Assembly (NCBI GenBank): GCA_016191165.1
Contig: JACPPF010000050.1
Span: forward strand, 2,088 to 66,087
Length of the DNA: 64,000 nt
Origin: Planctomycetota bacterium
Lineage (GTDB): Bacteria; Planctomycetota; Planctomycetia; Gemmatales; Gemmataceae
Direction: 5' to 3'
How positions within the stretch are numbered: the stretch's first letter is position 1; each line of letters opens with the position of its first letter. The position numbers were made by a program, and so were the translations under genes. Shown here piece after piece: positions 17,189-26,972 of this stretch. The notes under the pieces were generated by a model that was not told the DNA's origin, ran no database searches, and saw nothing but the letters and a program-made list of their open reading frames with translations.

Positions 17189-18016
17189 TCAGGAACCTTT
17201 CTGCCTTTCCGCGTTCAGCAAGAGGCCCTGGTTTTTGCTGGTATCAAAGGACACCGCGCGCTGGAATGTGCCGTCTTTTTTTTGCCCGGGCAAGAACAGC
17301 CTGAGCCGATCGCCCTCAAGCGAATAGATGCACGGCAGCGCAGCCTTGCCGCCGGTGAGTTCCAGGTTCTTCGGCGTTTTCTCAGGATCGAACGCCAGTC
17401 CGAATGCGAATGCCCGGTTGCCCTGGTGGAGGTAAATGGTATAGCCCTCGATGCTCAAGGCGTCGAAACCCATCTGTTTGCCCAACAACTTCTTGCCGTT
17501 CTCCTCCGCCGAGACGACCTTCCATTTCCCGCGGAGTTTCTTGGCATTCAATCGGGCGGCCTTGGTGGGCGGGTAGTCCTTGTCGAACACCTTGATGACT
17601 GTGCAATCGCGTAATTCGGCGGCGTACAACGTTTCTTTGTGGGGTTGCACGGTGCTGCGGATGCGGACCTTGTGTCCCTGACGGATGCCTTCAAAATCTG
17701 GCCCGCTTTCCAGGCAGCGGACTGAGTGCGCCACGCGCGCGCCTGGCTTGGTGTAGCCACGAATCATGAGATACACCTTGCCGTTGTCCCCTTTCACGCC
17801 CGAATTGGAGACGATGCCCTCGACCGTGACGGTCTTCCCGGTGTAGACGTTGTTGAACTCGTCCGGCTTTTCCGCATACACCCTGGTGATTTGCTCGGCG
17901 GAAATCGGCTCAATTTTTTTCTTGTCTCCGGCGCCAAGGCGCGTGGCATCGCCGGGGTTCAAAAGGACCAGGCATAGCCCGAGCGGCATGGCAAGCAAAC
18001 GTCGAGAACAGTTCAT
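17189..18016 (-). CDS. secreted protein with C-terminal TIGR03067-like domain
   Basis: Signal peptide. C-terminal LRGKWKVVSAEENGKKL...IYSLEGDRLRL pattern typical of the planctomycete TIGR03067 family. Confidence 0.65.
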   Translation of the reverse strand: MNCSRRLLAMPLGLCLVLLNPGDATRLGAGDKKKIEPISAEQITRVYAEKPDEFNNVYTGKTVTVEGIVSNSGVKGDNGKVYLMIRGYTKPGARVAHSVRCLESGPDFEGIRQGHKVRIRSTVQPHKETLYAAELRDCTVIKVFDKDYPPTKAARLNAKKLRGKWKVVSAEENGKKLLGKQMGFDALSIEGYTIYLHQGNRAFAFGLAFDPEKTPKNLELTGGKAALPCIYSLEGDRLRLFLPGQKKDGTFQRAVSFDTSKNQGLLLNAERQKGS

Positions 18017-18084
18017 ACGATTATTCCCGTAACGAGGATTTTCACAAACCGCGCCAGGGCCCGGAGGTAATGGCGCCGTTTGAA

Positions 18085-18150
18085 GTAGGTCAGGCATTCT
18101 TGCCTGACAGCGGTCGCGGAACGTCAGGCTGGAAAGCTCTGGAAAGCCCG
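18085..18150. repeat. family A palindrome, degenerate copy
   Basis: The left hairpin GTCAGGCATTCTTGCCTGAC carries a compensatory T:A to A:T swap. The right arm is partly duplicated and decayed. Confidence 0.7.
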
Positions 18151-18198
18151 CCCACCGCAAGCCGGATCGCCACCCGGGGCCGTCGGTCGCCCGGGGTT

Positions 18199-18432
18199 TC
18201 ACGTCGTTTCAAGGTAGCCGACAATTTGCCCGGCCCGGACGGGTTTCTCGGCTGCCACGTATTGCTCGGTCAGAATTCCCGCGCAGGGCGCCGTCACGTC
18301 AAACGTGGCGCTGGCGAGCAGCAGTTCGACGAGGCGATCTCCGCGAAACACTTGCTCCCCCGGCTTCACGTACCAGACGCTGACGACGACTTGCTCCGTA
18401 CCCAGGTCCGGGACGACAATCGGCTCACGCAT
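18199..18432 (-). CDS. lipoyl/biotinyl-attachment-like domain protein lacking the canonical acceptor lysine
   Basis: 77 aa single hybrid-barrel pattern ...GDRLVELLLASATFDVTAPCAGIL...AGQIVGYL. Ser occupies the position of the modified Lys. Overlaps the lipA stop by 8 nt. Confidence 0.55.
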   Translation of the reverse strand: MREPIVVPDLGTEQVVVSVWYVKPGEQVFRGDRLVELLLASATFDVTAPCAGILTEQYVAAEKPVRAGQIVGYLETT

Positions 18433-19312
18433 GGATCATCTCGTCGGCATGATAACTCGAGCGCACGAACGGACCGCTCGCAACCCGCTGAAAGCCGAGC
18501 GATCGCGCCAGGATCGCCAATTCGTCAAATTCCTCCGGCGGCAGAAAGCGCGCCACCGGCACATGCTTGAGCGTTGGCGTCAGGTACTGGCCAAGCGTCA
18601 GGACATCACACTGGGCGGCGCGCAGGTCGGCGAAGACGTCGAGCAACTCCTCGCGCGTCTCGCCCAGACCCAGCATGAGCCCGCTCTTGGTTGTCATGTG
18701 GGGCGCTCGCTGTTTGACGCGCGCCAGCAGATCGAGCGAGCGCTGGTAATCGGCCCGGCCACGAACTTTTTTGTAAAATCGCGGCACCGTCTCGGTGTTG
18801 TGATTGAACACGTCGGGCTGGGAGTCGATCACGCGATCGATGGCCGTCGCGTCGCCGAGGAAATCGGGCGTGAGGACTTCGACCGCCGCCCCGGTGCGCT
18901 GGCGCACGGCGCGGACGCACCGGTAGAAATGCTCGGCGCCGCCGTCGGGCAGATCGTCGCGCGTCACCGAGGTGATAACGACGTGGCGCAGGCCCAATCG
19001 GGCGGAGGCTTCCGCGACGCGCTGCGGTTCGTCGTCTTCCAGCGGTTCGGGTTCGCCGCGCGGCACGGAGCAGAAACCGCATGGCCGGGTGCAGATGTTG
19101 CCCAGCACCATGAAGGTCGCGGTTCGCCGCGCGTAGCACTCGGGCCGATTGGGGCAGCGCGCATTCTCGCACACGGTTTCGAGGCGAAGTTCCTTTAGCA
19201 GATTATTCGTAAAGAAGTTTTCATTACCGACCGGCAGCGGCCTTTTCAGCCAGGCGGGTAGACGCCGCGCCGGCGCAGGCGCGTCGGCCGTGACCAGGGG
19301 CAGCGCTTGCAT
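18425..19312 (-). CDS. lipA: lipoyl synthase
   Basis: Auxiliary cluster CENARCPNRPEC, radical-SAM CTRPCGFC and C-terminal RSSY. Confidence 0.9.
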   Translation of the reverse strand: MQALPLVTADAPAPARRLPAWLKRPLPVGNENFFTNNLLKELRLETVCENARCPNRPECYARRTATFMVLGNICTRPCGFCSVPRGEPEPLEDDEPQRVAEASARLGLRHVVITSVTRDDLPDGGAEHFYRCVRAVRQRTGAAVEVLTPDFLGDATAIDRVIDSQPDVFNHNTETVPRFYKKVRGRADYQRSLDLLARVKQRAPHMTTKSGLMLGLGETREELLDVFADLRAAQCDVLTLGQYLTPTLKHVPVARFLPPEEFDELAILARSLGFQRVASGPFVRSSYHADEMIHA

Positions 19313-19313
19313 G

Positions 19314-20069
19314 TCAGACCCCCTCCCACGCGTGGACGGCGGCCGGCCGAGGGTGTGCCAGGACGCCCAGGGCGGGGTGATCCGTGAAAAGTGCAATCCG
19401 GGAGAACCCGAAGCGGGCGCGAAAATGCTCAATCAGGCGTTCACGCACAAGCGAAGCCCGCACCGGGCCGCCGCGCTCGCGCACCAGGGAGGTCATGGGC
19501 AACGCGGCGCCGGGCGACGTATCCACGTGGCGGAACAGATCGAGCGCGGGATCGATATTGACGCAGGCGCCGAAACTGGTGACCCAGTTCCGCACCGACA
19601 CGCCCAGACCCGCCAGCATCCGATTGCCGACCCAGATTCCGTCGGCCTGTTTACCCGGTTCGCCCGCGACACTGAAGTCGGCCAGAAGATCGCGGATCGT
19701 TTCACCCAGACATGCCAGGTAGGCGTCGATGCCGAGGCCAAGTCGGTCCAGCGGCAGTACGGAATACAGCGCCAGCTGGCCTGGAGCGTGCATCATGCAG
19801 CCGCCCCCCCGATTCACCCAGCGGATCGGCCAGCCACGCCAGCGCAACTCCTGCTGCTCGACGCGGATTTGGCTTCGGCTACCCTGTCGGCCCACCGTGA
19901 AACCGTGCGGATGTTCGCAAAGAATCAGGGCAGCCTGGTCGCGATCGCCCGTGATCTCGAAATGCAACCGCCGCTGAAGGCGCAGGATGGCCTCGAATTC
20001 CACGGAACCCAGAAGGTAAACCTGGAGTGTGGTTTCAACCGAGGTACAGTTCTGGGTCGCCGCCGCCAT
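19314..20069 (-). CDS. lipB: octanoyltransferase LipB-like protein (catalytic dyad apparently substituted)
   Basis: LILCEHPHGFTVGRQG, HAPGQLALY and GIWVGNRMLAGLGVSVR align with LipB blocks. See the finding on the missing Cys/Lys. Alternative start at 20141. Confidence 0.75.
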   Translation of the reverse strand: MAAATQNCTSVETTLQVYLLGSVEFEAILRLQRRLHFEITGDRDQAALILCEHPHGFTVGRQGSRSQIRVEQQELRWRGWPIRWVNRGGGCMMHAPGQLALYSVLPLDRLGLGIDAYLACLGETIRDLLADFSVAGEPGKQADGIWVGNRMLAGLGVSVRNWVTSFGACVNIDPALDLFRHVDTSPGAALPMTSLVRERGGPVRASLVRERLIEHFRARFGFSRIALFTDHPALGVLAHPRPAAVHAWEGV

Positions 20070-20325
20070 TCGCAAATCCAATTGTGTCCCAAAACCCCTA
20101 CATTCCGCAGCCCGTCTGACCCGATAAAATAGGGAGGACACGGTTATTTGATGTCAAGATAGTCTACCACCCGGCAGGGACATTGCAACCGACCTTCTTT
20201 GCAAATGGCGCTTGTTGTATATTCCACAAATCAACGTCTGGCGCTTGCGAGCCCGAGCGCCAGCGAAGGGCAACCCGCGGCCGTGCGCTGACGTGGCAAC
20301 CGGCGCCGAAAAGGACACGAAACCA

Positions 20326-22176
20326 ATGAGGCACGCAAAGCAGCAAGGGGCGCGATCTCCCCGTTGCCTGTTTTTTCTGGCCGGGGTTCTGGTATCGGCC
20401 CTGTTCGCGCCGGCCATCAGCGTCGCGGCCGATCCGGTTGACAGGCTCCGCGACGCCCTTCAGATCGACCCAGGGTTCAAGGACCCCGACCTGCGTTTGC
20501 TGGCCAAGCGAAAAAAGCTGCTCGACGCGGCCCTTGCGGAAATCAACAAGGCAAAATCGATCTCTCAACTTCGTCGCGCCTATTTCCTCAAGGAATGGTC
20601 CCAGGAAGTGGACCTGGACGCCAAGGTTCCGGCCCCACAAGTCGAAGGCCCGCGCGCCAGGATCGGCAAGCTGCTGATCCAGACGATTCGGGAGACCGCC
20701 GCGCAAAAACAAATGGAACGGAACGTGGCCCTGGCGATCCTGATCGGCGAAATGGCCGATGACGAGAAGCTGGTTTCCGATGGCAAGGCCTTCCAGCGCA
20801 AACCGAAGCAAAAATTCGCCCGCGCCGTCACCGATGTGGTCATCACGCTGGCGCGGGAAAAAGGCGATCTGGCGGTGCAGCAGTCGGCCCTTCACGCCCT
20901 GGGCAAGATCACTCCCGATCCGGCTCTTGCCATCCCCGTACTCCGCGAGGCGATCACCAGGGACATCAATCTGGGACCCAGGCGCCTGGCCGCCTACGCC
21001 CTCGTCGATCTGGTGAAGAATTCGCGCACGCTTCAGCGCGGCGAACGTCTGGACACGATCGACCTGGTCGTCGCCACCGCCGCGCTTGGGTTGGAAAACG
21101 CCGACGAGCGCACGCGCGGCTATTGCCTGCAGGCCATCGATGAATCCGCGCAGGCTCTGGTCGATTTCATCCTGTCGCCGGAGGAGCCGCTCACGTTTGA
21201 GCCGAAGAAGGGGGAACGCAAGATTCGCAAGGACGTGCGCAAGATTTTGCAAAGTTGCCAGGCCGTCACGCCCGGGCTCCTGAACGCGCTCCATGCCAGG
21301 GAAATCAAGATTCGCCTGTCGGCCCTGAAAACGCTGGACCATATTGCGCAGGTGCGCGTGAAACTATTGCAAGCGTTTCAGGTCGCGCCGGACATGGATG
21401 AGGATCGCGGCCAGGTGTTCAAGGACCTGGACGTGCCCGATCCGTTCGCGAGCATCGTGGATCGCGATCCGAAGAACCGAACCTGGGAGAAGGTTGCCGA
21501 TCTTTTGGATGAACAGGACGCCCGCCTACGGCGCGGCGCGATCGGCCTGTTCGAGGTGCTGGCGGAACAGGCCGAACCGGCGGCGGCGCGAATCGTCAAG
21601 GCCTTGGAGGATACCGACCTGCTGGTCCGCTGGACGGCGGCACGCTCGATCCGCCGGCTGTCGACGAAGCAGGTGCGGGTGAATCTGATCGGCGCCCTGG
21701 CCGTCCTTCTGCTTGATGCGGACTCCGACCTCGCCAACGCCGCGGCCGCCGCGATCGAGAAACATGGCGACGTGATCGGCAAGGTGGGGCAAGGCCAGGC
21801 GAACAACCCGCTGGCCGGTCTGGTGAAGAATCTCGCCATCGTGATCGCCAATGGCGATGCCAACGCGGTCCCGGGCGCGAACGTGGGCAATCGCGTCTGG
21901 GACGTCGAGTCACGCAAGGCTGCCCTCAAGGCCCTGGCGGCGCTTGGCGGTCCCCCCGCCCAGCCGGCGTTCCCCGCCGCGCTCCTGGCCTTGACCGACA
22001 CCGAGGTGCGCCTGCGCCGACAAGCCGCGGCGACCATCGATCGGCTCGGCCGGCCTGCCAGTCCCTCCATTGCCGCCCAGGCCCTCATCGCCCTTCGCAA
22101 AGCTCTCGCCGACGAGGACGCCGAGGTCCGCCTCCACGCCGCCGAGGCGATCCTGAGCCTCACTCAACGGAAATAA
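20326..22176 (+). CDS. HEAT/PBS-lyase-repeat protein with signal peptide
   Basis: Repeated units of the type ...RLRRQAAATIDRLG... / ...VRLHAAEAIL... / ...VRWTAARSIRRL... N-terminal hydrophobic signal. Confidence 0.7.
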   Translation: MRHAKQQGARSPRCLFFLAGVLVSALFAPAISVAADPVDRLRDALQIDPGFKDPDLRLLAKRKKLLDAALAEINKAKSISQLRRAYFLKEWSQEVDLDAKVPAPQVEGPRARIGKLLIQTIRETAAQKQMERNVALAILIGEMADDEKLVSDGKAFQRKPKQKFARAVTDVVITLAREKGDLAVQQSALHALGKITPDPALAIPVLREAITRDINLGPRRLAAYALVDLVKNSRTLQRGERLDTIDLVVATAALGLENADERTRGYCLQAIDESAQALVDFILSPEEPLTFEPKKGERKIRKDVRKILQSCQAVTPGLLNALHAREIKIRLSALKTLDHIAQVRVKLLQAFQVAPDMDEDRGQVFKDLDVPDPFASIVDRDPKNRTWEKVADLLDEQDARLRRGAIGLFEVLAEQAEPAAARIVKALEDTDLLVRWTAARSIRRLSTKQVRVNLIGALAVLLLDADSDLANAAAAAIEKHGDVIGKVGQGQANNPLAGLVKNLAIVIANGDANAVPGANVGNRVWDVESRKAALKALAALGGPPAQPAFPAALLALTDTEVRLRRQAAATIDRLGRPASPSIAAQALIALRKALADEDAEVRLHAAEAILSLTQRK

Positions 22177-22269
22177 TGCGAGCCGCCGAGCGTGTCTCGA
22201 CCTTGGATCGCACCGCCGGGACAAGCCCGGCGGCTCGCTGTGTTTGAACCCTCTTGTGAACTCGAAACC

Positions 22270-23472
22270 TTACCGCTTGATCGCTGGCGGCACCGGATCG
22301 ATGGCGAAACCCCATTCGCTCGGGTGATAGCGGATTTCGAGGTGCGGCGTCAACACGCGGCGATTTTTCTCCGTCTTGCTGATCATGATCGCTTCGAGAA
22401 TCCCCGTGGTCAATAGCGTGCGTTCGATCGGGTAGGGGGCATGTGCCGATTGGATCATCGCGTCGATCGCTTTGAGCAGGTACTCGAAGTGGGCGAAAGG
22501 ATCGGGCTGTTGCAGGTAGAACTGGCATGACGCCGGGCGCGCCTCGCCACGAATGCGGCCCGCGAAGGTGAAGCTGCTGCCGCTGCCATCCGGGTCCTGG
22601 GCCCAGCCGTTGAGCATGGCGACGGCGGCCTTGAACCCGTCGCGGTACTCGATCAGAAAAACTCCCGCCTCGCGATCTTTGACCGTGAGCTTGCGGAAAT
22701 CGCCCCGGGCATGGGCGGGCACGTGCGCCATCGCCGCTTCGAGCAATTCGCGCGAGAAAACATTGCGGTCCATGGCCCGCCACATCTCCTCGCCTTGTAA
22801 ACATTGCACCGCCCGAACGCCGGTCTCGCCGCCGCGCCGGCGCTCGGCCATGCACTGGATGCCTTCCAGGGCGTGAAAGCCGTAGCCCTCGAACGGGCCG
22901 TAGCCGACGGCGACCGCCTCGGTCAGGTCGCAGTTCCTGGGCAAGCGCAAACTCGGCCTGCGCCAGGTCACCGGCAGCGACGACCCGGCCAGGAAGGGGA
23001 ACATCTGCGCCCGCGCGCGATCGTACATCCAGCGCGCGTCGGCCCAGGTGTGCGACAGATGTTTGTCGTTGAACACCGGCACGCTGCGCCGGTGCTTTGC
23101 AAACACGTCCGTCACCGCCTCGAAGAACCGCCGCCGCGGATACATGAGCTGCCCGCGCGCGTTGGTCGGATAGCGCCCGTGCTCGCCGATACAGAGGACG
23201 CCGTCCACCGCGACTTCCTTGCGCCCCAGCGTCACCGCGCCGGCGATGGTGTTGTGAATGGCGAAACCATGCTTCTTGGCGAGAGCGCGGCTCCATTCGC
23301 CCTTGGGGAACTGATCGACATACATCGACGCGATTTGAAGATTCGGGAACGTCTTGCGATCGTGATGGTAGCCTTCGAGTATCTTGCCGAGGATGACATC
23401 GGCGTGCGACCAGCGCCGATACTCGGTGATGATGGCGGCGACGCGCTTGGGTTGGCGTGGAAGTTGTGCCAT
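22270..23472 (-). CDS. conserved hypothetical protein (400 aa)
   Basis: Long ORF with balanced amino-acid composition. An alternative same-strand frame (22160-23479) is Arg/Pro/Ala-skewed. No motif recognised. Confidence 0.65.
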   Translation of the reverse strand: MAQLPRQPKRVAAIITEYRRWSHADVILGKILEGYHHDRKTFPNLQIASMYVDQFPKGEWSRALAKKHGFAIHNTIAGAVTLGRKEVAVDGVLCIGEHGRYPTNARGQLMYPRRRFFEAVTDVFAKHRRSVPVFNDKHLSHTWADARWMYDRARAQMFPFLAGSSLPVTWRRPSLRLPRNCDLTEAVAVGYGPFEGYGFHALEGIQCMAERRRGGETGVRAVQCLQGEEMWRAMDRNVFSRELLEAAMAHVPAHARGDFRKLTVKDREAGVFLIEYRDGFKAAVAMLNGWAQDPDGSGSSFTFAGRIRGEARPASCQFYLQQPDPFAHFEYLLKAIDAMIQSAHAPYPIERTLLTTGILEAIMISKTEKNRRVLTPHLEIRYHPSEWGFAIDPVPPAIKR

Positions 23473-23485
23473 GGCTCATCCCAAA

Positions 23486-23514
23486 CCCCAGGATTCGCGG
23501 CGCTCTTCCTGGGG
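23486..23514. repeat. family E single hairpin
   Basis: CCCCAGGATTCGCGGCGCTCTTCCTGGGG, between the 400-aa ORF and the anti-sigma gene. Confidence 0.8.
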
Positions 23515-23526
23515 CTTCCCGGAACG

Positions 23527-23952
23527 TCAGGATTTCTTTTTCTTGTCGGGCGATTGCAACAAGCCCGCGCTCGACTGGTAATAGCGTTTGCGGCGTTTTT
23601 TCACCTGGCCGTCGGCGTCTTGCTGTTGCGTTTGCATGTCGGCGAGATTGGCCATGCAGTAGGCGCAGCCGATCGTTTGCAAATGAAACTGCACATAATC
23701 TTGCACATCGTCATCGAGAACGCCAAGCAAATAACTGCCGAGCTGTTCGCGCGCGGGGCAGCTCAAGCGCTGGCGCCGCCAGATGGCGCCGACGGAATGT
23801 TCGCCGCGATCGCGCTCTTGCATGAGCGCCGCCAGTTGCTGCCGCAACGGCTGAGAGCCCCGCAGTTCCTGTTCGATCTGGGCAATGTCGGCCTCGGCCA
23901 GCGCGTCGTCAAGATAGGCCGAGAGCATTTCACGCGTGATGAGGGCGCTCAT
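23527..23952 (-). CDS. anti-sigma factor (zf-HC2 type), apparently soluble, polybasic C-terminal tail
   Basis: HLQTIGCAYC (H-x5-C-x2-C, zf-HC2-like). ATGA overlap with the ECF sigma gene. No TM segment. Tail KKRRKRYY...DKKKKS. Confidence 0.65.
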   Translation of the reverse strand: MSALITREMLSAYLDDALAEADIAQIEQELRGSQPLRQQLAALMQERDRGEHSVGAIWRRQRLSCPAREQLGSYLLGVLDDDVQDYVQFHLQTIGCAYCMANLADMQTQQQDADGQVKKRRKRYYQSSAGLLQSPDKKKKS

Positions 23953-24590
23953 GCGGACGCCTCCTCTCGCAGTTCCGGGAAGACGTCGCTCGGCAGACCG
24001 GCGCCTTGCACATGTTCGCCGAGCTTCTTGACCGCGGCGAAACGGATATTGGCGACCTGCTGCTCGCTGACCTTGAGAAATTTCGCCACCTCGCGATTGG
24101 CCCAGCCCTTGACGAAAAGCAACTCCAGCACTTTGATGCGAACGTATTCGCCCTGCGAGCGCCATTGATCGAGTAGAAGCGTCAAGCTGCGCGCGACGGC
24201 ATTGCTTTCCAGATCTTGTCGCTCACGGCTGCGCGCGACGCTGGAGGCGACCTTGTGCGAATCGAGCTTCTGGTGAAGCACATCGTCCGCGCCTTCGGAG
24301 ATGTACTGGGTCGGATGGCGGCCCAGCTTGCGTAGTTGGTCAGTCAGTTTGTAGGACGCGATGGTGAAAAGGTAGGTCTGCAACTCGCGCGATTCATCGT
24401 AGTTGGGCAGGCTGTTGAGAAAGCCGATGAAGGTTTCTTGAACGACGTCCTCACTGGCGGAGCGATCGCGCAGTCGGCGGTGGACAAACGCCAGGAGTCT
24501 GCCCTCGTAGCGCGCGATCAGATGTTCCCACGCGCGGGCATCGCCTTGCCGAATCTGCTGCACCAGGATGCGGTCGCTTTCGGTGGACAT
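23949..24590 (-). CDS. ECF-type RNA polymerase sigma-70 factor
   Basis: Region 2 (EDVVQETFIGFL...YLFTIASYKLTD) and region 4 (GWANREVAKFLKVSEQQVANIRFAAVKKL). Confidence 0.9.
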   Translation of the reverse strand: MSTESDRILVQQIRQGDARAWEHLIARYEGRLLAFVHRRLRDRSASEDVVQETFIGFLNSLPNYDESRELQTYLFTIASYKLTDQLRKLGRHPTQYISEGADDVLHQKLDSHKVASSVARSRERQDLESNAVARSLTLLLDQWRSQGEYVRIKVLELLFVKGWANREVAKFLKVSEQQVANIRFAAVKKLGEHVQGAGLPSDVFPELREEASA

Positions 24591-24631
24591 GCAAATAGTC
24601 TACCGAAGAAAGCGTGAAAAGGTGAGGGAAG

Positions 24632-24706
24632 CCCCAGGATGAGCGCAGCGAATCCTGGGGATACTCGGCGCAATGAGCCCCGGGATTCGCTGCGCTCATC
24701 CTGGGG
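24632..24706. repeat. family E palindrome (29-nt arms CCCCAGGATGAGCGCAGCGAATCCTGGGG / reverse complement, 1 mismatch)
   Basis: Each arm is also a hairpin (CCCCAGGA..TCCTGGGG). Lies upstream of the ECF sigma gene. Confidence 0.9.
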
Positions 24707-24713
24707 CTTGTGG

Positions 24714-25280
24714 TCAAATTGTCCACCACCAGCCCGCGGCGACAAGGGTGACAACACCGGCGGCGGCCAGACGCAGCCAGGTCGTGTAGCGGCGCCTGGT
24801 GTAATCGTCGAGTCGAAGGTAGCCAACGCCGGTCAGCAAGAGCACCGCCAGGCCGAGGACGCCGCGCATCGCCCAGCCCTCGCGTTGCGAGGCGCGCTGT
24901 TGTCGCATGGCCTCGTGATCGCGATGCGCGAGGTCCTTCCACCAGGCCTCGTCGGTGCGGAATGTCACGACCCAGGCTTTGAATGGATCGCGGATGTTGT
25001 CGATTTTCTCATCCTTGCCTGGCTGTCCCTCGTCTGCCAGAACCTTGGTGCGCAGGTAATCCTCGGTAATGACATTCGATTGAAGTTTGAGCCAACTCGT
25101 GATCTCGCTCACCGCCTTGTTGATGGCTGCTTTCTTGGCGCTGTCCACGGTTTCGCCGTACCCGGTCACCTTGCGCGGCAAGAAGCCGTCGGGCGGGGGC
25201 GCGTCCTTGGGCTGGGCGCTCGAGGTGTGGCACACGAACCACATCAACGCCAGGCTACCGGTTGCCAAGAGCATTCGCAT
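24714..25280 (-). CDS. secreted / C-terminally membrane-anchored hypothetical protein
   Basis: Signal peptide MRMLLATGSLALMWFVCHTSSA. Two C-terminal TM segments. Confidence 0.55.
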   Translation of the reverse strand: MRMLLATGSLALMWFVCHTSSAQPKDAPPPDGFLPRKVTGYGETVDSAKKAAINKAVSEITSWLKLQSNVITEDYLRTKVLADEGQPGKDEKIDNIRDPFKAWVVTFRTDEAWWKDLAHRDHEAMRQQRASQREGWAMRGVLGLAVLLLTGVGYLRLDDYTRRRYTTWLRLAAAGVVTLVAAGWWWTI

Positions 25281-25329
25281 GTCCCGATTCCTCCCGCGGT
25301 GCAGGCAAAAGGCCGCACCCCCTGCACGT

Positions 25330-25355
25330 CCTCCCCGCTCCCGTTGGGAGAGGGG
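25330..25355. repeat. family G element
   Basis: CCTCCCCGCTCCCGTTGGGAGAGGGG, in the gap between the kinase stop and the next gene's start. Confidence 0.65.
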
Positions 25356-25376
25356 AAAAGACTTCCTGCCACTCGC

Positions 25377-26954
25377 CTAGGCCGTTGCCAGTCGTAGTTT
25401 CTTTCTGCGCGACGGCACTTTTAATTTCCACGGACATGTCACCTGGCATACGACCGATGCCATCACCATGCTCAAGAAGCCCAGCTCGCGTTGATGGATG
25501 CTGGGCAGAAGGAACAGGAGCAGGTAGGCCCAGATCGCCACGGCGGCCAGCGCCAGGAACGAAACGCGCTTCGAGCGATGCTTCTCCGTGGTCTTCCACC
25601 AGCGCAAAACGAGGAACATCAGCCCGAAGTAGCTCAGGTAACAGGCCAGGATCGGCATCGACGAATTTTCCGAGCCATACCAGCGCCCTACCCAGGATTG
25701 CCTCAGCGCCTGCCGGGATTCATCCGTTGTCGGCCAGGGTTGCAGCACCTTGAGTTGCGCGGGCGGCGTCCAGGGTGCCGGCAACTCGTAGCCGTCCAAC
25801 CAAAGTGCGAACAGCGCGACGGCAAACCCGAGCGACATGTGCATCAGCCGGCGCGTCCACGAATCCTCCTCGTTCTCCGGCGGCCAGAGTTTGCTGGGAA
25901 TCAGCACGCTCCAGGACGTGGCCAGGACGAGGAAGAAGAGCGGCCACAAACGGGAATAATCGCCGCCGCCGGCAATCAGGGTCCATCCTCCCGCTAGCGC
26001 CGCGGCGGCCACGATCGACCAGAGCAGGATGCCCGACAGGTCCGCCCAGCGCTGCTGGAAAATTAACGTCGGCGTGACCGGAATCGCCATCGGATAATTG
26101 TCCAACGACGGTTGTGGGGCCGGCTGCGAGGCCTGAGCCTTGAGGGCCGGCCAGGACGGATTGACGCCCACCACGGCCGCCACTTCCTTTGCCATCTCCG
26201 GGATCGTCGCGTACCGGTTGGCGGGATTCTTCGTCAAGGCTTTTTGCAGTACCGGCACGAACTCCTTGGGAACCCGGCTCAAGTCCGGCGGCGCGGTCAG
26301 GTGCTTCATCAATATCTCACCGGCCGACTCGCCTTCGAAGGGCACGTGCCCCGTGAGCATCTCATAAAGCAAAACGCCCGCGGCGTAGATGTCGATCTGC
26401 CGATTGTAGTTGCCCGTGGAGATTTCCGGGGCCATGTAGTGGACCGTGCCGACATCCTTGGTCATGCCCGCATGTTGGCTGTCGGCGATGAGCTTGCAAA
26501 GCCCGTAATCGCCGACCTTGATGAGGCCATTTTCCAGGAAGATGTTGCCAGGCTTCAAATCGCGGTGGACGATGCCGTGCTCATGCAAGCAATGAATCGC
26601 CTGGGCGAGACCTTGAAACCACTGCGCCGCCAGCTCCGGCGCGACGCCATTGGGGTGGCGCGACAGAATCGTGGAGAGCGGCTCGCCGGCGACATATTCC
26701 ATGACCAGCCAGTGGCCACCCTGCTCGTCGGTGCGAACGTCGTAAAGGTGGACGAGGTTCGGATGCTTGAGGTTCAAGCACTGCTGGACGCCGCGCATCT
26801 CGATGTCAAGATTGGCGCGGATCCACTTGAGAGCGACTTCCTTGCCGCCGTCGGTGACTGCGAAATAGACCTCGCCGAACCCGCCCAGGCCAATGCCGCG
26901 CTTGATCGTGTAGCCGGGCAAGGGTTGCTGTCCGCTGCGGAAGGTGAATTTCAT
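25377..26954 (-). CDS. Ser/Thr protein kinase with polytopic C-terminal membrane domain
   Basis: GLGGFGEVY...ALK, HRDLKPGNIF, DYG and MAPE motifs. Several hydrophobic helices follow after about residue 300. Confidence 0.9.
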   Translation of the reverse strand: MKFTFRSGQQPLPGYTIKRGIGLGGFGEVYFAVTDGGKEVALKWIRANLDIEMRGVQQCLNLKHPNLVHLYDVRTDEQGGHWLVMEYVAGEPLSTILSRHPNGVAPELAAQWFQGLAQAIHCLHEHGIVHRDLKPGNIFLENGLIKVGDYGLCKLIADSQHAGMTKDVGTVHYMAPEISTGNYNRQIDIYAAGVLLYEMLTGHVPFEGESAGEILMKHLTAPPDLSRVPKEFVPVLQKALTKNPANRYATIPEMAKEVAAVVGVNPSWPALKAQASQPAPQPSLDNYPMAIPVTPTLIFQQRWADLSGILLWSIVAAAALAGGWTLIAGGGDYSRLWPLFFLVLATSWSVLIPSKLWPPENEEDSWTRRLMHMSLGFAVALFALWLDGYELPAPWTPPAQLKVLQPWPTTDESRQALRQSWVGRWYGSENSSMPILACYLSYFGLMFLVLRWWKTTEKHRSKRVSFLALAAVAIWAYLLLFLLPSIHQRELGFLSMVMASVVCQVTCPWKLKVPSRRKKLRLATA

Positions 26955-26972
26955 GGGAAGACTCCAGTTATT

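Noticed and set aside
22160-23479. 439-aa alternative same-strand frame over the 22270-23472 gene
   Set aside because: Its composition is extremely Arg/Ala/Pro/Gly-skewed, whereas the chosen frame has balanced composition with aromatic and hydrophobic periodicity.
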